Source of the DNA: Microcoleus sp.
GTDB lineage: Bacteria; Cyanobacteriota; Cyanobacteriia; Cyanobacteriales; Microcoleaceae
DNA length: 64,000 nucleotides
Assembly (NCBI GenBank): GCA_052279835.1
Contig: CP181291.1
Coordinates: 3,424,001 to 3,488,000, forward strand
Direction of reading: 5' to 3'
Position numbers and translations under genes: made by a program. Positions 30,193 to 41,000 of the stretch are shown here, one piece after another (position 1 is the stretch's first letter; each line of letters begins with the position of its first letter). Below the pieces are notes generated by a model that worked only from the letters and a program-made list of their open reading frames with translations, was not told the origin of the DNA and ran no database searches.

Positions 30193-30897
30193 GTGTTTCA
30201 AGATTTACACTGGCTGCGTCAAACTCCCTATTGGGTGTGGTATTCTTTTATTCCCTACTTCGGCGGATTGGCGATCGTCTATGCAGGCCAAAAAACAAAT
30301 ATTCGCAGTTGGATCGGGTGGGGCGCTGGCTTTACTTTAGCCGCAGTAGCCCTATCGGCTTCAGCTAATTTGGGCCTGCTGGTTTGGGTAGCTCAAATTG
30401 TCACTGCATTTTCTTTGAAAAAACGCTATCTCATCAAAACAGCACCCAGAGGTTTACTGGTTCCTGCAAGTGCCACAAGTGCAGAAGAGTTGGCAAATAT
30501 ACGGGGCAAAATAGATATTAATGAGTGTACCAAAGATGATTTGGTGAGAGTCTTGGGATTGCCAATCGTCTATGCTAATGATATTGAATCTTTGCAAAAT
30601 GAAGGATATATTTTTACTCACGCCGAAGAGTTGTCAGAAATAGCAGGAGTTCCAGCTAGTCACGTCAGACGCATCGCCCCGATGATTTGCTTTAGCTACA
30701 ATTATCGCAAAGAAGCAAGTTTTACTTGGAAACGATTAAATGTATTTTCGGTGGAGGAATTAATAGCCAGTGGCTTAGACAGAGTTGTAGCAGAGAAAAT
30801 AGTTACAGAAAGGCAGATTAAAGGCGAATATAAATCAGTTGTTGAGGTGAAGCGACGCACGGGGCTGCCTTTTGATTCCTACCGCCATTTATGTTAG
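30193..30897 (+). CDS. Membrane protein with ComEA-like helix-hairpin-helix repeats
   Basis: N-terminal TM helices; KIDINECTKDDLVRVLGL and AEKIVTER...GEYKSV.EV HhH motifs. Confidence 0.8.
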   Translation: MFQDLHWLRQTPYWVWYSFIPYFGGLAIVYAGQKTNIRSWIGWGAGFTLAAVALSASANLGLLVWVAQIVTAFSLKKRYLIKTAPRGLLVPASATSAEELANIRGKIDINECTKDDLVRVLGLPIVYANDIESLQNEGYIFTHAEELSEIAGVPASHVRRIAPMICFSYNYRKEASFTWKRLNVFSVEELIASGLDRVVAEKIVTERQIKGEYKSVVEVKRRTGLPFDSYRHLC

Positions 30898-30926
30898 TTA
30901 TCTGTAGGTTCTAGACTCTAAAAAAT

Positions 30927-31412
30927 ATGACGATGGCAAAACTCGATGTTAATCTACAAAAATTGTACGATCTAGACTACCTACAATGGATTGAAACTAC
31001 CGTTGAAAAGTTGCGGATTGGCGATTATTCAAACATTGACTGGGAAAATATGATTGAAGAAATAGAAGACATGGGGCGAACTGAACGGCGGAGTTTGGAG
31101 AGTAATCTTGTGGTACTTCTGATGCACTTGCTAAAGTGGGAATTTCAACCAGATCGTAGAAGCGGTAGTTGGAAAGGTACCATAGCCGAACACCGTAGAC
31201 ACCTTCGCAAAAGTCTCCAGGATTCCCCCAGTCTCAAACCCTATCTGGAAGAAGTGTTTTCTGAATGCTATTCGGATGCAATAGAACAAGCAAGTGCTGA
31301 AACTGGATTGTCCCTAGAGACATTTCCGCAATGGTGTGTTTACACTTCTGCTGAGGTTTTAGATTCTAATTTTTTGCCAGACTTTTTGTCAGATGGGATG
31401 ACTGAAAACTAG
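30927..31412 (+). CDS. DUF29 domain protein
   Basis: LYDLDYLQW, IDWENMIEEIEDMGR, HLLKW..Q and SPSLKPYL. Confidence 0.92.
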   Translation: MTMAKLDVNLQKLYDLDYLQWIETTVEKLRIGDYSNIDWENMIEEIEDMGRTERRSLESNLVVLLMHLLKWEFQPDRRSGSWKGTIAEHRRHLRKSLQDSPSLKPYLEEVFSECYSDAIEQASAETGLSLETFPQWCVYTSAEVLDSNFLPDFLSDGMTEN

Positions 31413-31584
31413 CATAGTTAACCCCACCTCAAAAAATATAATACCCAGATCCCCGACAACTTCTGCGAAGTCCGGTATCTAAAAATCCTGGACTACACAA
31501 TGCTTGGAATATTGATGCTATTCTACAGAATTATTATGGCAACGCCGATCGACACGACAGTAGGATACCCCTAAAATCACATTT

Positions 31585-32592
31585 ATGTCTGACTCTCCTC
31601 CATCCCCAATTTCCCCAGAATCCCCAGAAAGTGCAGCTACAGACAACCGGAATGCCAAAACTAGGCAACTGTTGGGTATGAAAGGGGCTGCTACCGGGGA
31701 AACTTCCATTTGGAAGATTCGCTTGCAACTGATGAAGCCGATTACCTGGATTCCCCTGATTTGGGGCGTGGTGTGCGGGGCTGCCTCTTCTGGTCACTAT
31801 ACCTGGAATCTCGAAAATTTTGCGATCGCCGCAGCTTGTATGTTGATGTCAGGCCCGTTGCTGACTGGTTATACTCAAACTTTGAACGATTTCTACGATC
31901 GCGAAATCGATGCTATTAACGAACCCTACCGTCCAATTCCCTCCGGGCTGATCTCCATTCCCGAAGTAGTCGCGCAAATTTTGGTATTATTAGCCGCAGG
32001 CCTAGGGATCGCTTATGCTCTAGACTTGTGGGCTGGTCATGAATTTCCCACCATGACTGTTTTGACTCTCGTCGGCGCATTTTTAGCTTATATCTACTCT
32101 GCGCCACCGTTGAAACTCAAGCAGAATGGTTGGTTGGGAAATTATGCCTTGGGTGCTAGTTACATTGCTTTGCCTTGGTGGGCTGGTCAAGCTTTGTTTG
32201 GTAAACTAGATCCCACGATCATGATTTTGACCCTGTTTTACAGTTTGGCTGGGCTGGGAATTGCGATCGTTAATGATTTTAAAAGTGTTGAGGGCGATCG
32301 CCAATTAGGGTTAAAATCTTTGCCAGTGATGTTTGGTATCGGCACCGCAGCTTGGATCTGCGTGTTGATGATCGACATATTTCAAGCCGGGATTGCAGGT
32401 TACTTGATTAGCATCCACCAAAATCTGTACGCTGTCATTCTCCTGCTGCTGATTGTGCCCCAAATCACTTTTCAGGATATGTATTTTTTACGCAATCCTC
32501 TCGAAAATGATGTTAAATATCAGGCAAGTGCTCAGCCTTTCCTGGTGTTGGGTATGCTGGTAGCAGCGTTGGCACTTGGTCATGCTGCTTAA
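31585..32592 (+). CDS. chlG: Chlorophyll synthase
   Basis: IRLQLMKPITWIPLIWG, NDFYDREIDAINEPYRPIPSG and NDFKSVEGD. Confidence 0.98.
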   Translation: MSDSPPSPISPESPESAATDNRNAKTRQLLGMKGAATGETSIWKIRLQLMKPITWIPLIWGVVCGAASSGHYTWNLENFAIAAACMLMSGPLLTGYTQTLNDFYDREIDAINEPYRPIPSGLISIPEVVAQILVLLAAGLGIAYALDLWAGHEFPTMTVLTLVGAFLAYIYSAPPLKLKQNGWLGNYALGASYIALPWWAGQALFGKLDPTIMILTLFYSLAGLGIAIVNDFKSVEGDRQLGLKSLPVMFGIGTAAWICVLMIDIFQAGIAGYLISIHQNLYAVILLLLIVPQITFQDMYFLRNPLENDVKYQASAQPFLVLGMLVAALALGHAA

Positions 32593-32745
32593 GCAAAGTT
32601 CTGAGTGGGCGCTTTGGAATTAAATAATTTTTAATCCAAAATCCCGCAGTCAAAAATCAGTGCAATTGTATTGAAGAAAAATGTCAAGTTAAAAATTAAA
32701 AATTGAAAAGGAACAGCCTTTTTAATTTTTAATTTTTAATTTAAA

Positions 32746-35262
32746 TTGATGAGGTGTGAAGGTCTAAACGTGGCAGAATTTTTCTCAAACATCAAAGATA
32801 AGTTGAGCAAAGTCACTAACGCAATAAGTGGCAATTCCCATGCAGAATCGCCCCAGACAGCAGAGGACAATGAACTCGAATCGCCGTCATCGGAGGCGGA
32901 ATTTTCTACACGGACAACGGCGGAAGAATGGGAGTATCTGGCACCAGAAGATCCAGCACCTCCAACAGAGTCGGAATTAGAACAGGAAACTGATAACTAT
33001 CCCATAGTTAAGCGCGATTGGGAAGGGTTGAAGCGTTTAATAGTGTGGTTGGAAATTGAAGATAAAGTTACCAGTTGGCAAGCAAAGGGAAAAGCATTGT
33101 TCCAACCTGGTCTGAATTTGTTGGATGCTAAATTGCCTAAAAAATCGGCAAGTAGCCAATTACCCGCAAGTACCGACATAGCAGAAAATAATGAACTAGC
33201 AGAAAATAACGAACTAGGAGAAAATAATGAACTAGCCGAAAATAGGAAAATACAGGGAAAGTTGAAAAAACTGCTGTCCCGTGGCCCTAAATTTTGGGTA
33301 GGAATCGGTGTTGCTAGTATTGGCGGTGGCGCTTTAATCTACTGTTTGTGGATTTTGCACACCTTAGATAAAAGTTTGCCGGATGTTAATGATTTGTCGG
33401 CTTTTAACCGCGATGGGACGCTGACAATTAAGGCAGCAGATAATACGATTTTGTTGCAATCGGGGCCTGCAACTAGAGATAAGTTGAAACTTAAAGAAAT
33501 TCCCGATCTGTTGATTAAAGCTTTTATTTCTATAGAAGACCGCCGTTTTTACGAACATCGCGGTGTGGATTATCAAGGTATTGTGCGATCGATTGTTTCT
33601 AATTTACTGGCGAGAGATTTGGTCCAGGGTGGCAGTACCATTACCCAACAATTAGCCCGCGTTGTTTTTCTCAATCAAGAAAGAAGTATTCGACGGAAGC
33701 TGCGGGAGGCTCTTTTGGCTCAGAAAATTGAGCGAGAGTTGAGTAAAGAACAAGTTTTAGAACGATACTTGAATTTGGTTTATTTGGGTTCTGATTCTTA
33801 TGGAGTCGCGGATGCAGCTTGGGTTTTCTTTAGCAAAACCGTTGATAAATTGACTTTGGCAGAAATGGCAACTTTGGCGGGTTTGCCTCCGGCACCGAGC
33901 GAATATTCGCCTTTGGTTAATCCGAATTTTGCGAAGAAGCGTCGCAATCTTGTGCTGGGACAAATGCAAGAAGCGAAGGTAATTACTGAGGCTCAAGCTA
34001 AGGAAGCGATGGAGGAACCTTTGACTGTTAAACAAAGTCCACCAAAGCGTTTTAAAGTGACTGCGCCTTATTTTGCGAGTTACATTAGAAAGGAATTGCC
34101 ACGCTATGTTTCTCAGGATGCTTTGGAAGCTGGTGGTTTGACTGTTGAGACGACGGTGGATTTGAAGTGGCAGAAAATCGCTGAAGAGGTGATTAAAAAT
34201 GCGATCGAAGTTGATGGCCGCCGTCAGGGTTTTGAACAGGCGGCTTTAGTTTCTATGGACACTAAGACTGGGGAAGTTAAAGCCCTCGTAGGCGGTGGAA
34301 GTTTTAAGGAAAGTCAATTTAATCGCGCTACTCAGGCTTTGCGGCAGCCCGGATCGACTTTTAAGGGGTTAGTTTATGCCACGGCGATGGGGGCTGGTTT
34401 TTCGCCTTATGATAGCTATGAAGACGAACCAATTATTATCGATGGCTATCAACCGAATAATTATGGCAAAAAGTTTAGCGGTTGGCGATCGATCTCTGAT
34501 GCCTTGACGAGTTCGGTGAATGTGGTGGCTGTCAAGGTGTTGATGGATGTTGGATTTGAACCAGTAATCAAATTAGCCCACGATATGGGAATTAAATCTA
34601 AATTGAGTCCCATTTATTCCCTGGCTTTGGGTTCTTCTGAGGTGAATTTGCTGGAGTTAACTAATGCTTACGGCACCTTGGCCGCCCAAGGTAATTTTAT
34701 TGAAGCCCACGGCATTACTCGCGTGATAAATCAACGGGGAGATGTGATTTATCAGGCTAATTTTAAACCGAAGCAGGTTTTGGATAAGGATAGTGCTGCT
34801 ATTACTACTTGGATGTTGGAGGGTGTGGTGCAGGGGGGTACAGGTAGCCCTGCGGCTTTAAACGATCGCGCTGTAGCGGGCAAAACCGGTACTTCGGAAA
34901 AAGTCAGGGATTTGTGGTTTATTGGCTACATTCCCCAGGTTGTGACTGGGGTTTGGTTAGGCAATGATGACAACTATCCCACCGGGGGAACTAGCGGTAC
35001 GGCTGCTTACAATTGGCGCGATTTTATGAGTCAAGCTGTGAAAGGAATGCCGGTTGAGGAATTTCCCAAATTGCCGAAGTTGGAGGGCCGCAAAGGTAGT
35101 ATTAAGCCCAAACCGGTGGAATCAAATCGGATTATTCGTGGCATGATTGTCAATGACGATGGCGCGATCGTCCCTTACAATCCTAATCCTGAACCTAGGC
35201 ATCGCGAGTGGCAAGATCCTGGTTATCAACAACCGAATAATTATCAAGAACCGCCACAATAA
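32746..35262 (+). CDS. Class A penicillin-binding protein (PBP1A family); start may be GTG 32770
   Basis: Transglycosylase EDRRFYEH and QGGSTITQQL; transpeptidase STFK, SVN and KTG motifs; acidic N-terminus with an 18-bp AENNEL repeat at about 33181-33243. Confidence 0.93.
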   Translation: MMRCEGLNVAEFFSNIKDKLSKVTNAISGNSHAESPQTAEDNELESPSSEAEFSTRTTAEEWEYLAPEDPAPPTESELEQETDNYPIVKRDWEGLKRLIVWLEIEDKVTSWQAKGKALFQPGLNLLDAKLPKKSASSQLPASTDIAENNELAENNELGENNELAENRKIQGKLKKLLSRGPKFWVGIGVASIGGGALIYCLWILHTLDKSLPDVNDLSAFNRDGTLTIKAADNTILLQSGPATRDKLKLKEIPDLLIKAFISIEDRRFYEHRGVDYQGIVRSIVSNLLARDLVQGGSTITQQLARVVFLNQERSIRRKLREALLAQKIERELSKEQVLERYLNLVYLGSDSYGVADAAWVFFSKTVDKLTLAEMATLAGLPPAPSEYSPLVNPNFAKKRRNLVLGQMQEAKVITEAQAKEAMEEPLTVKQSPPKRFKVTAPYFASYIRKELPRYVSQDALEAGGLTVETTVDLKWQKIAEEVIKNAIEVDGRRQGFEQAALVSMDTKTGEVKALVGGGSFKESQFNRATQALRQPGSTFKGLVYATAMGAGFSPYDSYEDEPIIIDGYQPNNYGKKFSGWRSISDALTSSVNVVAVKVLMDVGFEPVIKLAHDMGIKSKLSPIYSLALGSSEVNLLELTNAYGTLAAQGNFIEAHGITRVINQRGDVIYQANFKPKQVLDKDSAAITTWMLEGVVQGGTGSPAALNDRAVAGKTGTSEKVRDLWFIGYIPQVVTGVWLGNDDNYPTGGTSGTAAYNWRDFMSQAVKGMPVEEFPKLPKLEGRKGSIKPKPVESNRIIRGMIVNDDGAIVPYNPNPEPRHREWQDPGYQQPNNYQEPPQ

Positions 35263-35274
35263 GGACTTTAGTCT

Positions 35275-36963
35275 TTATTTCTCACCTCGTTTTAACCGCA
35301 CCATAAAAAAGCCGTCCATTTGATAGCGATGGGGCCAAATTTTTACCCATCCTTCCGGTGATGGCTGTACTGGTAAATCTATGGTGGGCGGTTCGATTTG
35401 CCACTCAGGATTGCTGTCTAAGAACGATCGCACAACTCGTTCATTTTCTAAAGGATGAATCGTGCAAGTTGCGTAAACTAATACGCCACCGGACTTGACA
35501 AATGTCGCTGAATTTGTTAGCAATTCCGATTGCAGTTGGGATTGTTGCTGGATATTTTCCGCTGTGTGATGCCAACGGGCATCAGGCCGACGATGGAGGG
35601 TGCCAAGGCCAGAACAAGGTGCATCTAATAAAACTCTGTCTGCGAGGTTAATAAACTCAGGAAAATGGCGGCTGTCTCCGGTATGAATTTGGATTGATTT
35701 CATCTGGAGTCTGTTAGCATTTTCTTTAAGTCTTTTGAGTCTATTTGCAGTTTTGTCGCAGGCATAAATCCTACCTGTATCGCCGATTAATTCGGCAATG
35801 TGGGTAGTTTTTCCTCCCGGTGCGGCGCACGCATCAATGATGGTTTCCCCCGGTTGCGGATCGAGTAAATGGGTGACTAATTGAGCGCTACTATCTTGGA
35901 TTGTCCACCAACCTTCACTATATCCGGGGAGATTTTGAATTGCGCCACTGCTGCCATTTATTCTTAGGGCTTGTGGCAAGTATGGGATTCTGCTAACGCT
36001 GATATTTTTGGCTTTGAAGGCGGTTTCGATTTGGTCAATTGTACTTTTTAAAGGATTAATTCTGAGGTCTATTGTGGGGGATTGATTGAACCATTCACAT
36101 AGTTTTTCTGTTTCGGTTTCGCCTAGTTCTTCGATCCACATTTCGATTATCCAGTCGGGGAAACTGTGCTGAATTCCTAGGCGTTGGATGGGGTTTTCGG
36201 GTAGTTTTAAGGAATTTAAACCCCCCCTAGCCCCCCCTTGGTAAGGGGGGGGATTAGAGGTGGTTTTAGTCTCTGGTTGTGGAGGGGAATTAGGACTATT
36301 CTTAGCCCCCCCTTGATAAGGGGGGGTTGGGGGGGTTTCAGTCTCTGGTTGTGGTTCGGGATTTAAACCCCCCCTAGCCCCCCCTTGGTAAGGGGGGGGA
36401 TTAGAGGTGGTTTCAGTCTCTGGTTGTGGAGGGGAATTAGGAGTATTCTTAGCCCCCCCTTGGTAAGGGGGGGGATTAGAGGTGATTTCAGTCTCTGGTT
36501 GTGGAGGGAAATTAGGATTATTCTTAGCCCCCCCTTGATAAGGGGGGGTTGGGGGGGTTAAACGAATATACTGTCGCAACAAACCATTGACAAAACTGCT
36601 GAGTCCTGAAAAGCCGTTTTCTTTTGCTAGTTGAACTGTCGTGTTGACGGCGGCGGAGGGGGGAATGTGGTTGAGATATTCGAGTTGATATAAGCCTAAA
36701 TGTAGGATGGTGCGAAGTTCGGGGGGTTGTTGGGATGATTTTTTGGTGGCTAGTTTGTCGATGATAAAGTCGATCGCCCGCATTCTCCTGACACTACCAT
36801 AAACTAATTCTGTGACTAAACGGCGATCGAGGTCGGTGAGTTGACAATTGCGAAAAGTGCGATCGAGGGCGACATCTGCAAATGCACCGCGGCGGTGGAC
36901 TTCGCGGAGGGCGAGAAAGGCTATTTGGCGGGGATTTTGCATGGAGGATTGTTGATCTGTCAA
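35275..36963 (-). CDS. rsmB: 16S rRNA m5C967 methyltransferase RsmB/Sun with a ~115-aa repeat-derived insertion
   Basis: NusB-like N-domain; QD.SAQLV, DACAAPGGKT, LDAPCSG.G and YATCT. Confidence 0.93.
   Translation of the reverse strand: MTDQQSSMQNPRQIAFLALREVHRRGAFADVALDRTFRNCQLTDLDRRLVTELVYGSVRRMRAIDFIIDKLATKKSSQQPPELRTILHLGLYQLEYLNHIPPSAAVNTTVQLAKENGFSGLSSFVNGLLRQYIRLTPPTPPYQGGAKNNPNFPPQPETEITSNPPPYQGGAKNTPNSPPQPETETTSNPPPYQGGARGGLNPEPQPETETPPTPPYQGGAKNSPNSPPQPETKTTSNPPPYQGGARGGLNSLKLPENPIQRLGIQHSFPDWIIEMWIEELGETETEKLCEWFNQSPTIDLRINPLKSTIDQIETAFKAKNISVSRIPYLPQALRINGSSGAIQNLPGYSEGWWTIQDSSAQLVTHLLDPQPGETIIDACAAPGGKTTHIAELIGDTGRIYACDKTANRLKRLKENANRLQMKSIQIHTGDSRHFPEFINLADRVLLDAPCSGLGTLHRRPDARWHHTAENIQQQSQLQSELLTNSATFVKSGGVLVYATCTIHPLENERVVRSFLDSNPEWQIEPPTIDLPVQPSPEGWVKIWPHRYQMDGFFMVRLKRGEK
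36215..36560. repeat. Five copies of a CCCCCCTTG(G/A)TAAGGGGGG small dispersed hairpin repeat inside rsmB, in frame
   Basis: Encodes PYQGGA five times. The same hairpin family occurs intergenically at about 2950, 7805, 54562 and 54617. Confidence 0.9.
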
Positions 36964-36985
36964 GTCATTATAGGTGATTCAAATA

Positions 36986-37101
36986 CCCGGTGGTTGAAAC
37001 CGCGTCTACACAAACAAAACCCGCCTTCGCGGGTTGAATTTCATTTCTTCCGTCCGCGTAGGCGGACATCGTTTGTGTAGCCGCGATTTACAATCGCCGG
37101 G
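36986..37101. repeat. REPIN/MITE-like inverted element (GGTTGAAACCGC..CTACACAAACAAA...TTTGTGTAGCCGCGATT); single arms at about 42496-42545 and 47319-47368
   Basis: Inverted arms with internal palindromes, shared across three loci. Confidence 0.75.
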
Positions 37102-37105
37102 GGTC

Positions 37106-37843
37106 TCAAATGTCCTCTGGATTTATGCCCATTTCTCGGAGTTTTTCAGAAAGGCGATCGGCTTTTTGCTGTACCAACTCTTTCTCTTGTCGTTGTTGTT
37201 CCATTTGTTGCTGTGTTAATTCCATTTGTTGCTGTGTTAATTCCATTTGTTGCTGTACTAATTCCTTTTGTCTTGACAACTCCACATAAGACAAAAATTT
37301 CAATCCGTCAGGCTGATAAATTTCCAAGTCTCCCGATGCAGTTTCAAAACGAATTTCCAAGCGCGGACTCACCCAACCCTCCATTGATTCAATATAGTTG
37401 AGTTTTCCGTCACTTCGCAACCAACCTATTAACTCATTATCCTCTGGACTGTAGACATAATATTCTTCAACTCCATAATCCTCGTAGAACTTAAACAGCT
37501 TAAACATTGGTCCCATGCGGTTGCCGGGGGAGATGATTTCAAAGACAACTTGCGGCGCAATATTATCTTCCAGCCACTGTTGGTAGGAACCTCTGTCGCC
37601 TTTAGGTCTGCCAAAGACTACCATAGTATCAGGTGCTTGACGAGTTTTGTTATCTCCTTCGACGGGATACCACAGCAAGTCACCTGCTACAAACACATTT
37701 TCGTTGTCTTTGAATAAGGCATCTATGCCGCCTTGAATTTTTACGATTAATTGGAACTGTTTGGTATTGTCAGACATGGGTTTTCCGTCGCTGTCTGGGT
37801 AGATGATTGCTGGCAAAGTTTGAGTGGGAATTGTTGTTGTCAT
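37106..37843 (-). CDS. Uma2 family (DUF820) putative endonuclease with QQQMELT repeat tail
   Basis: YPDSDGKPMSDNT, APDTMVVFGRPK, FEIISPGN and YGVEEYYVY. Confidence 0.92.
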   Translation of the reverse strand: MTTTIPTQTLPAIIYPDSDGKPMSDNTKQFQLIVKIQGGIDALFKDNENVFVAGDLLWYPVEGDNKTRQAPDTMVVFGRPKGDRGSYQQWLEDNIAPQVVFEIISPGNRMGPMFKLFKFYEDYGVEEYYVYSPEDNELIGWLRSDGKLNYIESMEGWVSPRLEIRFETASGDLEIYQPDGLKFLSYVELSRQKELVQQQMELTQQQMELTQQQMEQQRQEKELVQQKADRLSEKLREMGINPEDI

Positions 37844-37914
37844 GGGGATGACTCCATTGCTAGTAGCATGAATTTCTATTTTATACCTATTTTATATGAC
37901 TTACACATGGGGCT

Positions 37915-38069
37915 GAGAAACCGGGTTTTTTTACGAAAAGATGCGTTGTAACCGACTGATTCGGTGAAAAACCCGGTTTCTTTATTCGGAGTGCATGGGG
38001 GCCGAGAAACCGGGTTTTTACGAAAATACTTCGTTCGTACTCGAAGATTTGGTAAAAAACCCGGTTTCT
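37915..38069. repeat. Two tandem copies of a ~66-bp hairpin element GAGAAACCGGGTTTTT...AAAAACCCGGTTTCT
   Basis: Inverted repeats at about 37915-37981 and 38004-38069. Confidence 0.8.
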
Positions 38070-38097
38070 TTGTCGGAGTGCGTAAATCCTGTGTTAC

Positions 38098-41000
38098 TTA
38101 TTCTATTTTTCCTGATACCAACGGTTCTAATAAATGGCGTTCTTCAATGGGAAGTTCTAGCAAAACTCGTCTGTCGCCCTTGGTTTCCTTATAGCGGACA
38201 GCGGCATTTAGCAGGCGCATGGGAATTTGGAATTGTTCGTAGTTGTTGGTTGGTTCTTGCCACAATTCTAACCATGTGCGGGCGGCTTTGTCGCTGACCA
38301 TTTCTGACATGAGCGCCGGGATGTTTCGCACGATTCCCTGTCCTAAGATTGAGAGATATTTGTATTTTTCGTAAACTGCAATTAGGCTGGTGATGCGAGT
38401 TTTAGTCATCGGATCTTGCGTGTTTGCGAACAGGTTACGGATAATTAACTCAGGCTCATCTGGACTAGCTTCGTCGTCTGCTTCGAGGCGTTGGAATGCG
38501 TCGTCTAAGGCAGTGATGCCTTCATCCCAAAGATTCAATCCGAGAATGGCAATGGCGCGATTGAAGAAGACAGATGAATGTTGATCACCAAGTGCGATCG
38601 CCTTATCGCAAGCTATTAAAGCTTCTTCATAGCGGCCGAGATTAATTAGTATCCAACATCTGAGCAGCCAAGCCCGCTGATCATTAGCGTCAAGTTTGAT
38701 TGCTTTGTCACAATATATTAAAGCTTCTTCATAAGATGCTAAACTTTCTTCATAGCGTTGCAGGATGTTGAGTATAAAACCTCGGCATGCCCAAGTAAAA
38801 TCATTAACGTCTAGTTCGATCGCCCGATCGAAGGATGCTAAAGCTTCATCATAGCGCTTGAGCTTGTAGAGTACATAGCCTCGATTAAACCAGGCCGACT
38901 GATAATTGGCATCAAGTTCGATCGCCCGATCGTAAGAGGCTAAAGCTTCATCATAGCGTTTGAGGTTGTAGAGTACATCGCCTCGATTAGCCCAAGCCCA
39001 GTCATAATTGGCATCAAGTTCGATCGCCCGATCGAAGGATGCTAAAGCTTCATCATAGCGTTTGAGGTTGTAGAGTACATCGCCTCGATTAGCCCAAGCC
39101 CAGTCATAATTGGCATCAAGTTCGAGCGCGCGATCGTAAGATGCTAAAGCTTCATCATAGCGTTTGAGGTTGTCGAGTACATCGCCTCGCCTACGCCAAG
39201 CCCACTGATAATTGGCATCAAGTTCGATCGCCCGATCGTAAGATGCTAAGGCTTCATCATAGCGTTTGAGGTTGTTGAGTACATAGCCTCGATTAGCCCA
39301 AGCCCACTGATAATTAGCATCAAGTTCGATCGCCCGATCGTAAGATGCTAAGGCTTCATCATAGCGTTTGAGGTTGTCGAGTACATCGCCTCGCCTACGC
39401 CAAGCCCACTGATAATTGGCATCAAGTTCGATCGCCCGATCGTAAGATGCTAAGGCTTCATCATAGCGTTTGAGGTTGTCGAGTACATCGCCTCGCCTAC
39501 GCCAAGCCCACTGATCATTAGCATCAAGTTCGATCGCCCGATCGAAGGATGCTAAAGCTTCATCATAGCGTTTGAGGTTGTCGAGTACATCGCCTCGTAC
39601 AACCCAAGCCGACTGATAATTAGCATCAAGTTCGATCGCGCGATCGAAGGATGCCAAGGCTTCATCATAGCGTTTGAGGTTGTTGAGTACGTTGCCTCGT
39701 AAAGCCCAAGCAAACTGATAATTGGCATAAAGTTCGATCGCCCGATCGTAAGATGCTAAGGCTTCATCATAGCGTTTGAGGTTGTCGAGTACATCGCCTC
39801 GCCTACGCCAAGCCCACTGATCATTAGCATCAAGTTCGATCGCGCGATCGAAGGATGCTAAAGCTTCATCATAGCGTTTGAGGTTGTAGAGTACATCGCC
39901 TCGATTAGCCCAAGCCCAGTCATAATTGGCATCAAGTTCGAGCGCGCGATCGTAAGATGCTAAAGCTTCATCATAGCGTTTGAGGTTTTTGAGTACATGG
40001 CCTCGTAAAACCCAAGCCCAGTCATAATTAGCATCAAGTTCGAGCGCGCGATCGTAAGATGCTAAAGCTTCATCGTAGCGTTTGAGGTTGTTGAGTACAT
40101 TGCCTCGCCTACGCCAAGTCCATCGATCATTAGAATCAAGTTCGATCGCCCGATCGTAAGATGCTAAAGCTTCATCATAGCGTTCGAGGTTGTTGAGTAC
40201 ATAGCCTCGATTAGCCCAAGCCGACTGATAATTAGCATCAAGTGCGATCGCCTTATCTAAGGATACTAAGGCTTCATTATATTGTTGAAGTACGTCCCGT
40301 ATATAAACTAGACCACTTCGATTCCAATTTCTCGCATAATTGGCATCTTTTTCAATAGCCTTATCTAAACATTCTAAAGCTTCATCGTGACGTTTAAGTC
40401 TACTTAAACAGCGTCCCTTTTCCAACCAATCCTTTGCCTCACCGCGACTTGCTACCAGTTTCTCCGCATATTCTAAAGCCGAAACATGATCTTTTTGTTC
40501 GCGACAATTTTCAATTTCATCAAAATAAGCCTTAAAACGCGGATCTTCCTCATTGCTTTCAATCTCCTCCAGCGCCCGCGTATAATATTCTCGTTCCATC
40601 ACAGCATCAGGAGGAATCGGTTCCAAATTTCGCCGATACTCAAAACGACTTTCCTTGTCCCCAAAATCCACATCCGCCATCCTCAATCCCAATCGCTGCT
40701 GCAACTCTGCCTTCGTATACCAAACCCGCAAAAAATCCACAAACAATCTAACCGGTTCATTGCGCTGCTTCTTCACTTCCAAACAAAAACGCATCAGCGG
40801 TTCCCGCAATTCGTACCAAGACTCCCGCCCGATTTCTTCAGTTTTCACATAACCCTTTTGCCGCAAATCCTTCAATTGACTCGATGCAGTTTGTTGAGAG
40901 ATAAAACAGCGCTTTGCAATTTCTTTCACCGGGGCCGCGCGGCGCAAATCTGCCAAAAAATCCACAATCTTGCGCTGCTGATTTGAGATATATTTCATCC

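Noticed and set aside
38809..40236. Diversity-generating retroelement acting on the TPR array
   Set aside because: Some NAT/NAC codon variation looks adenine-directed, but other variable codons (GCT/CGT/GTT/TTT, TGG/TCG/TTT) are not. No reverse transcriptase or template repeat is in the window. Repeat recombination explains the pattern better.
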